Assembly (NCBI GenBank): GCA_965209085.1
Contig: OZ242376.1
Location: forward strand, 1,376,001 to 1,440,000
DNA from: Nitrosopumilaceae archaeon
GTDB lineage: Archaea; Thermoproteota; Nitrososphaeria; Nitrososphaerales; Nitrosopumilaceae
Length of the DNA: 64,000 nt
Direction: 5' to 3'
Part shown: positions 49,740 through 59,365 of the stretch, in pieces
Position numbering within the stretch: the stretch's first letter is position 1
Layout: every line of letters begins with the position of its first letter
The notes under the pieces: model-generated
What the model saw: only the letters and a program-made list of their open reading frames with translations
Databases searched by the model: none
Told to the model about the DNA's origin: nothing
Program-made: the position numbers and the translations under genes

Positions 49740-50937
49740 CCATCATATCCCGAAGCATTTGTTCGGTTTTGCCAAACGGTTCCCCAGTATGCCCAGAAAC
49801 TGCCCGTATATCGTCTGCCTCGATCTTGAACGTTCCTTCCGATTCATTTGTTTTGAACCGGATTTTAAATTCCATGCCCCCTACTGCAAGATTGACACTC
49901 TCCTCGGTGCGTTTTGCAATTATGCGTTTTTCAGTACGCATTCGGACCCCAAGGGTTCCAGTTTCGGACATTAAAATTCCGGCAAGATCGGATGCAGAGT
50001 CCGTACCGCATATTACAGTCAGTGTGTGTGCGGGGCGCCCTTTTTTTCCAGTTACCGGAGCTGATGTCACATCCTTGGCTCCCATTGACATCAGTTTTTC
50101 CATGGCATAGCCCAAAACTTCCCCGCTTACATCATCAATGCACGTTTCAAGAACTGCCACTGTATCTCCCATGTGTACGGTTGCAGCAGATCCGCGCACC
50201 AGTTTTAGCACGTTTGCAAAATCTTCAAAGTCGTTTTTCCCGGCCCCGTATCCAATTTTGTCAATCCCCATGGCAGGATAAAATTGCAGACATTCAGATG
50301 CCATGGTGCGCAGCATGCATGCGCCCGTCGGCGTTACCATCTCTGTTTCAGAAGAGGTGCCAGTTATTTTTATACAGCTGTTCTGAAAAATTTCCAAGAC
50401 TGCAGGAGCAGGATTTGATGCCTTGCCGTGTGAAAACTTCACGTATCCTCCGCCGACTCCCACGGGCATTGTCAGTATGTCCTCATCATACAATCCAAGG
50501 CTCTCCAATGCGGCAGCAGTTCCTGCAATGTCAAGTACTGTATCAAAGGATGCCATTTCATGAAAGTGAACTGATTCGGCAGGTTCTCCATGCACGCCAG
50601 ATTCTGCCAGAATTAGAGCCTGCACGCTTTTATCTGCAAATTTGCATGCGTTATTTGAGAGTCCGGTATTTTTGCATGCGCCAGCTATGCACTCTGCCAC
50701 ATTTTTACCAGTATGCAGATTCCCTTCTCCGTCAGTTTCCAGTACAAGTTTTGTTGCAGATATGCCGCATTTTTGCACTTTGATAAATTCAAGTTTTCGT
50801 ATGCTTGTGCCGGCAATTTGTGCCCCCGCATTGGCGCATTTTTTAATTTTTTCAACGTCAGCTCCCATGTCCACCAAAGAGCAAAGCAGCATATCTCCTG
50901 CAATTCCTGCAATTTGAGGATCAACTACCAATACCAT
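49717..50937 (-). CDS. larC: Nickel-pincer cofactor nickel insertase LarC
   Basis: AGIAGDM, VHG...VHFHE, HG..PAPA, TPTGA, ETCIDD, ETGTLGVR. Confidence 0.92.
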   Translation of the reverse strand: MVLVVDPQIAGIAGDMLLCSLVDMGADVEKIKKCANAGAQIAGTSIRKLEFIKVQKCGISATKLVLETDGEGNLHTGKNVAECIAGACKNTGLSNNACKFADKSVQALILAESGVHGEPAESVHFHEMASFDTVLDIAGTAAALESLGLYDEDILTMPVGVGGGYVKFSHGKASNPAPAVLEIFQNSCIKITGTSSETEMVTPTGACMLRTMASECLQFYPAMGIDKIGYGAGKNDFEDFANVLKLVRGSAATVHMGDTVAVLETCIDDVSGEVLGYAMEKLMSMGAKDVTSAPVTGKKGRPAHTLTVICGTDSASDLAGILMSETGTLGVRMRTEKRIIAKRTEESVNLAVGGMEFKIRFKTNESEGTFKIEADDIRAVSGHTGEPFGKTEQMLRDMMGGKNAKL

Positions 50938-50980
50938 GCATCAAATGTGGTTGAAAAATGCTTATAAAATTATTGAATGT

Positions 50981-51304
50981 CTAGTTTTGCCCCGCTTCCC
51001 GTATGGCTGTAGAATAGTCACATTTTGCCCGCAGGCGCATATATGGCACGAGTTTGTAGTGTATGCTGTATAATCCATGCTCATCCTTGAAGATAATGCC
51101 TTTTTGCACCAGCGAGACAAGCCCCCTTGACATTTTTTTTGCCGCCTGCGTGTCCCCGTCCACGCATACGCGCGCCCGCATCAGCTGATACTGCTCCAAT
51201 GTAAAGACCAAATCGCCAAGTTCCGTTACAAGGGGCCAGACTATATAATCCCAGACAAACCTCCGGTTTTCAGTAGCTGATGCGTATTTGCCTTTTTCAT
51301 TCAA
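50981..51304 (-). CDS. Hypothetical protein, possibly winged helix
   Basis: 107 aa; SRGLVSLVQKGII...LYSIH; upstream of larC on the same strand. Confidence 0.65.
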   Translation of the reverse strand: MNEKGKYASATENRRFVWDYIVWPLVTELGDLVFTLEQYQLMRARVCVDGDTQAAKKMSRGLVSLVQKGIIFKDEHGLYSIHYKLVPYMRLRAKCDYSTAIREAGQN

Positions 51305-51345
51305 TATTTAATATAGATCTGAATTTAGTTATAACTGAATAGATA

Positions 51346-52059
51346 TTGTCCCGAACAAACATTGAGGAATCACTGGAGATTTTGGATGAGCAAGGGTGGG
51401 AGATGGATGCTCTTCTCAAAGACTTTATGCGCGGCACCGTATCCACAATTGACTCGCCCATAGAGGTGGGGGGAGTCGTATTTCACATACCATACCTTGC
51501 AGCGCACAAAAAATACGTCCTATGGAAATGTTTTTGGCCAGACTGCCACAACTGCTGCGAGAGACAGGGGAGGCTTCCTCTAACATCAGATGATCTTGTA
51601 ACAATCGGAGCCGGCCTGAAATATTCAAAAACTTCGGAATTTATTAAAAATGAAACACTCGTTGCCACATGGTCGGAGCCGCCCTCAGATGGCCAGCCTG
51701 AAATTATAATGACGTCTGTAACCTTGAAGAGAAAAAAAGATGAGAGTGTAAATGATGATGGTACCCACATAAAATGCAGATTTTTGGACGATGAGGGAGG
51801 ATGCAGCACGCATCCTGCAAGACCGGGCGTCTGTTACCTGTATCCGTTTTCCACATGGTTGGTAAACAAATCAGGAAACGCCATAGTGCATGCATCATAT
51901 CAGATAACAGGTGACTGTCCTGGATTTTATCTTGCAGACAAACCCGAACAAATGCACGATGAGGGAGTCTTTGATGATTATGCCAAGATCATATACGATT
52001 ATAATATGAAATCAAACCGCACAGTACGCGAGGGGTTTGGTTCCGCAGATATGCTCTAG
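51346..52059 (+). CDS. YkgJ-family cysteine-cluster (Zn/Fe-chelating) protein
   Basis: CFWPDCHNCC...CRFL...CSTHPARPGVCYLYPF...CPG. Confidence 0.85.
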   Translation: MSRTNIEESLEILDEQGWEMDALLKDFMRGTVSTIDSPIEVGGVVFHIPYLAAHKKYVLWKCFWPDCHNCCERQGRLPLTSDDLVTIGAGLKYSKTSEFIKNETLVATWSEPPSDGQPEIIMTSVTLKRKKDESVNDDGTHIKCRFLDDEGGCSTHPARPGVCYLYPFSTWLVNKSGNAIVHASYQITGDCPGFYLADKPEQMHDEGVFDDYAKIIYDYNMKSNRTVREGFGSADML

Positions 52060-53072
52060 GCCTGGGCCACTTTTGCCAAATGCCGCAGTTTTATGTCCAT
52101 TCCAAAACGATCCTCATTACGTTTCATGTATCTGAATATCGCAAGCATATTTACAATCTGTGTTATAGGATTGAACTTGCCGTCAATTTTTTTGCGTACA
52201 AAATCGTATACTGTACCGTATATTGCAAAATGTTTGGCAACCTGTTTCTCATATTCTGGTATGTTGTCTACATTATTCACAAAAATATCAGCACATTCCA
52301 TGCTTGGAATTATGCCCTCCCCTAGCAGCGGAAACACGGTTCCTATGGACTCGCCCACCCCCACTATGTTGCCGTCCGAATACGGCATACAGTTTTCCGG
52401 CGTTGCAAGCCGTATTGGTCTGCCCACGGTTTTGATGATTTTGCCGCCGTGTTTTTTTAGAAATTTATTAGTCTCAATTACGTGGTTTTTTTTGTAATCG
52501 CCAGCTCCTATGTGGGCCGTCTTTTCACCTAGTGGAAAATACCAAAAGTATCCGGACATTCCCTTAAAGGCGTGTACAAAGAAATCATCGTATGGAACTT
52601 TGTCCTCGTACTGGACTTTATACTCGTATGTTGGAAGAAAAAAATCGTTTTTAATGCGCGGCAGGTACGAGCGGTGAAAGCCAGTACAGTCCACAATGAG
52701 ATCGTATTTTGATTCAATTTCACTTTTTGCCGGAGCTTTGCCGTAGTGGACGGTGCAGTTTTTTACAAGATCCTGAATCAGTCCTATTTTATCGTACGTG
52801 CACAAACCGTGCAGTGCAATATCGAATTTTTTTCCAGCGCAAGATATGTGCATAAATTTTCCATCGTGTATTACGTATTTTTCAAAATCAATTCCTGACA
52901 TTTCACACAGCTGTGCCATGCGGCTTTTTGATGATCCCCACGCGCATATGGAGTCGTGTCGGTCTTTTGTCATGCGCTCATAACCGGTTACCTCGTGATC
53001 GTCCTTTAGGCGGGAGAGAAGATAACTCCCCGCAACACCCATTCCCATTACGGCAATCTTCATTGTGCGCAT
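52056..53072 (-). CDS. FAD-dependent oxidoreductase, geranylgeranyl-reductase-like
   Basis: GMGVAG, CAWG, GYFWYFP, VGESIGTVFPLLGEGI. Confidence 0.8.
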   Translation of the reverse strand: MRTMKIAVMGMGVAGSYLLSRLKDDHEVTGYERMTKDRHDSICAWGSSKSRMAQLCEMSGIDFEKYVIHDGKFMHISCAGKKFDIALHGLCTYDKIGLIQDLVKNCTVHYGKAPAKSEIESKYDLIVDCTGFHRSYLPRIKNDFFLPTYEYKVQYEDKVPYDDFFVHAFKGMSGYFWYFPLGEKTAHIGAGDYKKNHVIETNKFLKKHGGKIIKTVGRPIRLATPENCMPYSDGNIVGVGESIGTVFPLLGEGIIPSMECADIFVNNVDNIPEYEKQVAKHFAIYGTVYDFVRKKIDGKFNPITQIVNMLAIFRYMKRNEDRFGMDIKLRHLAKVAQA

Positions 53073-53115
53073 TATTTTCTAGCCTATTAATAAATTAAAA
53101 CTTGTACGCGCGCGT

Positions 53116-55959
53116 CTATTCCAAAAGTATCGCAGGTTTTAGCGGTCTTGAGTGTCTTGCCTTTCCCTTTGGATCGCATTTTGCCCCATCATCCTCGGAA
53201 AACACGCGCAGCTTGGCGCCAAACTGTGCTGTTGCAAGATCTGCTAGTATGCTAGTAAAGATCGTTTTCTCGTCAGGCAATCCGTTTTCTGCCACGTATT
53301 TGCGTACCTCTTCAGTCTCTGAGAGTATATCTTTGATTGATTTTTGAACATAGTCAGGCGATTTTTTTACATTTTGTGTGGCAGGATTGGAGAGCAGTTT
53401 TGGCATAATTTCCCCCATATTTGATGCGCCATTTTGCACATATTGTAGAATGCATTCGTACGAGTCAGATTTCATCACTCCGGCAGTGTAAACGGTAATT
53501 GTCTTTGGAGACATTTTTGTCACCTTTAATATCTTGGATATGTCATCCAAAACCCGCCGTAACAGATCTTCTCTCATGTCAGCACCATCCCATTGCGTAT
53601 CGGCATCTTTGGGCCATGATGATTTTGATGCGCGCATCTTATTGCCAAGTTTTTCCCACATTTCTTCGGCCATGTGCGGTACAAATGGCGAGAGCATTAA
53701 CGTCCTTGCGGATTCTATTTTGCCCAATACCGCAGGTCTTTGGGTTCTTCCTCTAGCTGCCATTCTCTTTGCATGCCACTGCACATCCGAGTCCAAACCG
53801 TACAGTATTGTATGAAGTGCCTCCCGCAGCCGCATCTTTTCGATGAGTTTTGTGGTTTCGCGTATGGTTTTGTTTAACTTTGATAAAAGCCATACGTCTT
53901 CAGGTTCCTCACACGGACCGTCCGGTTCCGGTCTGCAGTTTGAGAGCATTGATCCAAGACGGCGTGATATGCTGTCAACTGAATCAATGTTAAAGTCAGC
54001 ATCCTGTAAAAGCTCAGAGGATACCAGGATTGCCGCGCGTATAGGATCCGCACCGTACTTGCGTATGGCCTGCCGCAGGGGTATTATGTTTCCCATTGAT
54101 TTTGACATTTTCTTCCCATACATTAGGACAGAGCCGTTTACCACGATCTGTTTTGGCCATTTTTCCTCGCCGTATATTGCAACATGGTTTAACACAAAAA
54201 AGGAGAGATGGTTTGGCACCAGATCCCTTCCAGAATGTCTTGAATCAACTGGATAAAAATACTCGAATGATTCGCGCGCCTCCTTTGCACCCTCGCACAG
54301 TCCATCCGGCGTGCCCTCCCCCAAAAAGACATAGTTGAAAAATTCCATCCCCATCTCTTCGGGTTTTATTTTTCCATCGTTTACCAGGCGCGATATCGTA
54401 TAATACGACATGTATATGACAGAATCTGTCAGACTCTCCATCACCCAGTCTTTATCCCACGGCAGCGGCGTTCCAAGACCGTGCTGGCGCGCGCATGCCC
54501 TCTGATGCAGCCAGCTTAGTGTATGGTGAAATTCGGTTTCAATCTCTGCTGGAAGTATCTGCATATTGTTCAGGCATTTTGCAGCTTTTGCCTTCCATTC
54601 ATCGTCTCCGTAATTTAGAAACCACTGATTTTCAAGCATCTTTACAACGCATACTGCGCCGCACCTGCACCTTACCGGAGGATTTGCCATTTCCAGCATA
54701 TTTTCTGCTTTGTTTTGCCCCTCTAACCATTCGTGGACTGTTTGTTTTGCATCCGATACCTTGAGGTTTACAAATTTACCGGCATTAACAGTCATTGTGC
54801 CGGCGTAAAATTCTTTTGCATAGATCTCTTTTGTTGATTCTTCAAGACGCGGATCGTTTTGATCCCGTATGCCGTATTTTTGTACCTGCTCTTGTGCAGG
54901 AATATTCCCGAATTCGGGGGATTTTATTATTACAATCGGCTTTATCGCAGATGCTTTTGCTGCAAACGCGCCACCACCTGCTGCAAGATCTTTTAGTGCG
55001 CAATAGTCAAACGGGGCGTGTGCCGGAACTGACATGACTATTCCCGTACCCACGTCGGTTTTTACAAACGGGGCTGGAAATATCGGCACGTGTGTTCCTT
55101 TATAGTCGGTTGCATCAGAGCCGCATATTTTTGAGCCCGGGATTTTTTCATGGCGTGTTATTTTTTTTCCAAGATACGAGAGTTTGTCAGCACACTCGGG
55201 GCTGACAATCCATTTTTCCCCATCAGCTGTTATTTTTTCATACATTATATCCGGATTTACCCACAGATTTGTCACTCCAAATACGGTTTCTGCGCGCAGC
55301 GTGGCAGCAGGCAGTACGCATCCCTCATATTCGAATTTTATTACAGAGTATTCTGTAAAGTCCGGCTCCACATCGCCCATCGTATCGTGCTGCGATACTG
55401 GATTTTCATCCTTTGGACACCATCCGACCGGATGCGAGCCCTGCACTATGAGGTTTTTATTTTTCAACGTATTTGCCTGCCATTCTATAAATTTCTGATA
55501 CGGTTTGTCAATAGTCGTAAATTCCCGCCTCCAGTCAATGGAATATCCCATTTCTATCATTCCCTGTTTTATTTCGGCGCTAAAATAATCGGCAATTTTT
55601 ATCGGCTCTACAAATCCTTTTACAATTTCTTTTGGCACACCATACAGGCCTTCTAGAGCATTTATGATCTCCTTATCCTGCGCCGCCACTCTTTTTGCCA
55701 TTCCAAGTATCGGAGTTCCCGTATAGTGAAATGCCATCGGAAATAATACGTTATACCCCATCATCCGCAGGAATCGTGCATGTACGTCTGCTGTAGTGTA
55801 TGTTCTGCCGTGTCCCACGTGCTGCGGTGAATTTGGATACGGGTATGCCACAGTGATGAATTTTTTCTCTCTTGCGTCCGGCTCTGTCTCAAAGTCTTTG
55901 TCTTTTGACCATTGTTGCTGCCACTTCTCCTCTAGTTTGCTCCAGTTTACTTTATCCAT
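53116..55959 (-). CDS. leuS: Leucine--tRNA ligase
   Basis: YPYPNSPQHVGH, GTGIVMSVPAHAPFD, KMSKS. Confidence 0.97.
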   Translation of the reverse strand: MDKVNWSKLEEKWQQQWSKDKDFETEPDAREKKFITVAYPYPNSPQHVGHGRTYTTADVHARFLRMMGYNVLFPMAFHYTGTPILGMAKRVAAQDKEIINALEGLYGVPKEIVKGFVEPIKIADYFSAEIKQGMIEMGYSIDWRREFTTIDKPYQKFIEWQANTLKNKNLIVQGSHPVGWCPKDENPVSQHDTMGDVEPDFTEYSVIKFEYEGCVLPAATLRAETVFGVTNLWVNPDIMYEKITADGEKWIVSPECADKLSYLGKKITRHEKIPGSKICGSDATDYKGTHVPIFPAPFVKTDVGTGIVMSVPAHAPFDYCALKDLAAGGGAFAAKASAIKPIVIIKSPEFGNIPAQEQVQKYGIRDQNDPRLEESTKEIYAKEFYAGTMTVNAGKFVNLKVSDAKQTVHEWLEGQNKAENMLEMANPPVRCRCGAVCVVKMLENQWFLNYGDDEWKAKAAKCLNNMQILPAEIETEFHHTLSWLHQRACARQHGLGTPLPWDKDWVMESLTDSVIYMSYYTISRLVNDGKIKPEEMGMEFFNYVFLGEGTPDGLCEGAKEARESFEYFYPVDSRHSGRDLVPNHLSFFVLNHVAIYGEEKWPKQIVVNGSVLMYGKKMSKSMGNIIPLRQAIRKYGADPIRAAILVSSELLQDADFNIDSVDSISRRLGSMLSNCRPEPDGPCEEPEDVWLLSKLNKTIRETTKLIEKMRLREALHTILYGLDSDVQWHAKRMAARGRTQRPAVLGKIESARTLMLSPFVPHMAEEMWEKLGNKMRASKSSWPKDADTQWDGADMREDLLRRVLDDISKILKVTKMSPKTITVYTAGVMKSDSYECILQYVQNGASNMGEIMPKLLSNPATQNVKKSPDYVQKSIKDILSETEEVRKYVAENGLPDEKTIFTSILADLATAQFGAKLRVFSEDDGAKCDPKGKARHSRPLKPAILLE

Positions 55960-55991
55960 AAAACCAAGTCCGCGATGCTAATATTTTACTG

Positions 55992-56450
55992 CTAAGAATC
56001 CGGAACGTATGTTCCAACAAGCTTTGCCTCCCCTATCACGTGTCCATCCATTGCTCCCCTTAATGCAGCCGCATCAGCGCCTTTTTTTAGATTCAAGTCA
56101 GTATCTAGTGCATACAGTACAAAGACGTACGTGTGTATTTTATCAGGTGGTGCCGGACCGCCATATTTTGCACTGCCAAAATCACTCACACCCTGAGAGC
56201 ATCCTTTTGGGATGGAGGATTCGTCAATTTTATCCGTATTTGGCAAAATGTTCCATACAAGCCAATGCGTCCAGGTTTTGCCAACTACTTTTTTTGCATC
56301 AGGATCGTCCATTATCAGCGCAAGCGACTTGGAGTTTGGAGGGACACCAGATATGGATAACGGCGGGCTGGAATTTTTGTTTTTGTATCCGTATTTTTTT
56401 GGAATCTCCCCCATATCATCAAATGCCGGACTAGAGAGTGAAAACGTCAT
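55992..56450 (-). CDS. YbhB/YbcL (PEBP/Raf kinase inhibitor-like) protein
   Basis: DDPDA, WTHW, YGGPAPP, HTYVF. Confidence 0.9.
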   Translation of the reverse strand: MTFSLSSPAFDDMGEIPKKYGYKNKNSSPPLSISGVPPNSKSLALIMDDPDAKKVVGKTWTHWLVWNILPNTDKIDESSIPKGCSQGVSDFGSAKYGGPAPPDKIHTYVFVLYALDTDLNLKKGADAAALRGAMDGHVIGEAKLVGTYVPDS

Positions 56451-56498
56451 GTGCAAAGTTTTCTGCACGCAAAAATAAAGCTTGCTACAATACTGTCT

Positions 56499-56867
56499 TT
56501 ACTGCTCTAAAATTATGCGGTTATTGTGTACTGACATTACAGAACCCCCGTGTTTTTTTATTTCCAGTTTTAGCCTCATATCAAGCGTGGCCACTATTCC
56601 CCCATGTTTTTCAACGTGCCGTATTAATGCCCCATCTGCCCGGCGCCCTCCAATCTCTATCTCTGGCATTTTTTTTGCCCGCTCCAGCGCAGATAATGCT
56701 GTCGGACTTTTTTCAGGATCTTTTGATAGTCCGTAAAGTTCGCGTAAAACTGTATCAGGTGCAAGAAATCTTACAGGTCCAATTTCATCATCAAGTGAAT
56801 CGATGTTTTTTATCCGCGAGTTTGCCATGTGCATCAAAAAGCTGGTATCGCACAGTACGTCAGGCAA
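56499..56867 (-). CDS. PIN-domain protein (Fcf1/Utp24-like)
   Basis: VLCDTSFLM, VLREL, ADGAL, VATLD; conserved position after eIF2-gamma. Confidence 0.85.
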   Translation of the reverse strand: MPDVLCDTSFLMHMANSRIKNIDSLDDEIGPVRFLAPDTVLRELYGLSKDPEKSPTALSALERAKKMPEIEIGGRRADGALIRHVEKHGGIVATLDMRLKLEIKKHGGSVMSVHNNRIILEQ

Positions 56868-58131
56868 CTGTTCCAGCACCGATTAATCGCCATCTGTCAG
56901 TGATTCTGCTGCTGATGGCGGCACGACCTTTTTTGAATATGCATACGGGACGTCTAAATTCCACAGTTATTTTTCCGTCTTTTGCCTTTGTAACTTTACA
57001 AAGTTCAGGCGAGGTGCCTACACTGAACCTCAGCATGTCGCCTATTTTTATCGGAGGTACTTTTACAGTAGATGACATTCCGACTGCAGAATCAAAAAGA
57101 CTAGTCTCAAATGATGCACTCATCATACTTTCAGGAAGAGTTCCAGGTTTGCCTATTACAGCACCAATCAGTGAATCACCGCCGGTCATCGAGGGATCCA
57201 GTTTTGTTCCAATAGCCACGAGTCCTCCGGGAAGAACAGTATCCACCAAGCCAGCTCCGGTTCCAAGTGAATCAATCGTTGTTATGATCGGAGTGTACGT
57301 ATTTTTTTTGCCTTCCTGTACTCCGGGTTTTATTTCGATCTCATCGCCCACTTTGAAAACTCCCACAGTCAGCGATCCCCCTATAACACCGCCCTTTATT
57401 TTTGGTATTTTTGTGCCAGGTTTGTTTACATCAAACGAACGCAGTACGTGCATTACCGGATCAGCTTTGCTGTCGCGCTCTGGTGTTTTTATCTGCGATT
57501 CAATCAAACCCACAAGTGCGTCTTTGTTCAGACCCGACTGTGCCGAAACTGGCACGATTGGCGCGTTTACTTTGAATTTTTTCATAAATTTTTCCATGTC
57601 AGAATGATTCGCAATTGCCTCATCATATGTCAACAGATCAACTTTGTTTTGCACCACCACCAGCTGTTTTATTCCAAGAATTTGCAGTGCCAAAAGATGT
57701 TCTTCAGTCTGCAGCTGTGGTACTTTTTGATCAGCTCCGATTACCAAAATGCCGCCATCCATCAGGGCGGCGCCAGATAGCATGTTTGCCATAAGACTTT
57801 CGTGGCCCGGACTGTCCACTATGCTTACCACCCGGGTAAGTTCGGATTTTTTCCCACAATTGGTGCATTTTGATTCTGTGGAATATCCCTCAGGTTCCGG
57901 ACATTTGGAGCATTTGTAAAACGCCACATCCGAATATCCCACCCGTATTGTAATTCCGCGTTTTAGTTCCTGGCTGTGCGTGCTGGTCCACACGCCGGTA
58001 AGCGACTGTACAAGTGTGGTTTTTCCATGATCCACGTGTCCTGCGGTTCCTATGTTGATGCAAGGTTGGCGTCCGTATTTTTTTACATACCAGTCTGGAA
58101 GATCATCTTTCCAATGTGTCAATATGCACAT
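56860..58131 (-). CDS. eif2g: Translation initiation factor 2 gamma subunit
   Basis: GHVDHGKTT, RGITI, DSPGHE, NKVD, WRLIGAG. Confidence 0.97.
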   Translation of the reverse strand: MCILTHWKDDLPDWYVKKYGRQPCINIGTAGHVDHGKTTLVQSLTGVWTSTHSQELKRGITIRVGYSDVAFYKCSKCPEPEGYSTESKCTNCGKKSELTRVVSIVDSPGHESLMANMLSGAALMDGGILVIGADQKVPQLQTEEHLLALQILGIKQLVVVQNKVDLLTYDEAIANHSDMEKFMKKFKVNAPIVPVSAQSGLNKDALVGLIESQIKTPERDSKADPVMHVLRSFDVNKPGTKIPKIKGGVIGGSLTVGVFKVGDEIEIKPGVQEGKKNTYTPIITTIDSLGTGAGLVDTVLPGGLVAIGTKLDPSMTGGDSLIGAVIGKPGTLPESMMSASFETSLFDSAVGMSSTVKVPPIKIGDMLRFSVGTSPELCKVTKAKDGKITVEFRRPVCIFKKGRAAISSRITDRWRLIGAGTVA

Positions 58132-58251
58132 GGGTATTCCCCGTATGTTTAAGTTATTCTTTTTTCAATACTGTAAACTTGGTGTATGCGCACTAGTATG
58201 GATCTTCTTGGAATTGAACCAAAAAAATGGTCTATTATTTTCACAATAATA

Positions 58252-58447
58252 TCAATCCATGCCATCATGTTCTAATTTAGAACGCAAATAACGCATATCC
58301 GGACCACCTTTTATCCTATTACAAATTCCACACGAGTCCGCACCAGCGTCCATGCCGCTACTAGATCTAGGTTTTATATGATCAACTTGTAAATTTTATC
58401 CTGTAATGGTTTTTACAGCCATTGCAAAACTTGGATTGTTTTTCATA
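58252..58447 (-). pseudogene. Frameshifted HNH endonuclease fragment
   Basis: YEKQSKFCNGCKNHYRIK, frameshift, NLQVDHIKPRSSSGMDAGADSCGICNRIKG...*. Confidence 0.75.
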
Positions 58448-58522
58448 ATCTGAAGATTTTAACATTAAAGTTTCTGAATTAAATAAATAGTAAATACTGA
58501 ATTAAAATGCAATCTTACATAC

Positions 58523-59249
58523 TTGGGAATAATAATTAAATCTAGTATAATAAATTATTACAGCCAATCTATTACTTCTCCGCCCTCTTCGTATGGAACG
58601 GAATCGGTGTCATCATTCACAAGTAATCATATTAATATTGTTGATTATATATATTTTCATATCGACGAATTATTCTTAAGAGAATTACGTACAGAATTTG
58701 ATCAATATATGAGCATTATAAATATTCTAGAAAGAAAAGCTCAAAATCTAAGTGTCATATCTACCATATTAATTACAATATTAATTGGTACTAAAATTCT
58801 TGATAATAATGCTTCATTACACGTACTTGTTCCATTATCTATTACTGTTGGTTTATTATTAGCATCAATTGTATCTAGTCGTTTTGCAGCTGGCATTCAT
58901 GGACAAGTAATGCATATTAATTTTAGACAATTTTTTATTTTAAATCGTGTTGGAGGTGAACAATATTCTATAAATGATGATAAAATTAATCAATTCATAA
59001 TACATGATTCAATAACAATAAATGGAAAAAAATCTTCTACTAGTGATGCATCCCAAGAAAATAAATCAATTAATCTGCAGATATGTCTAATCAACGAATA
59101 TAATGGCTTTACATAATGCAGTACGAAATGGTAAACGTATCGCTAAACAGGTTAAACGTGCTCAAAAATATTTTAATCTTGGAGTAATTTCATCAGTTAT
59201 TACAGTAATCATATTATCATCATATTTGGCAAAAATTATACCGAATTAA
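58523..59249 (+). pseudogene. Frameshifted 3-TM membrane protein (Pycsar-effector-like architecture)
   Basis: ORF 58523-59116 (LERKAQNL + 2 TM + soluble region) continues in the +1 frame 59103-59249 as ALHNAVRNGKRIAKQVKRAQKYFNLG + TM. Confidence 0.6.
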
Positions 59250-59365
59250 CATCCCCTTGTAACAAAATATTACAAACTCACAATAACAAAAAGATCACTT
59301 TCAAGCAATCCAAAGAAGATCCATATTCATGTCCATGTGCCTACAAGTTTACAGTGCCTTTTTTT

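Larger units (their letters stand above)
58170..59355. mobile_element. Non-autonomous element bounded by bipartite inverted repeats, with decayed cargo
   Basis: ACTGTAAACTTG (58170-58181) / CAAGTTTACAGT (59344-59355) perfect 12-bp IR, plus an inner 18/20 IR (58197-58216 / 59306-59325); AT-rich interior; separates rps6e from eif2g. Confidence 0.7.

Noticed and set aside
56438-57607. 389-aa plus-strand ORF (also 49914-50783 and 34763-35596)
   Set aside because: Antisense shadows of eif2g/PIN, larC and rps12/nusA with no motifs
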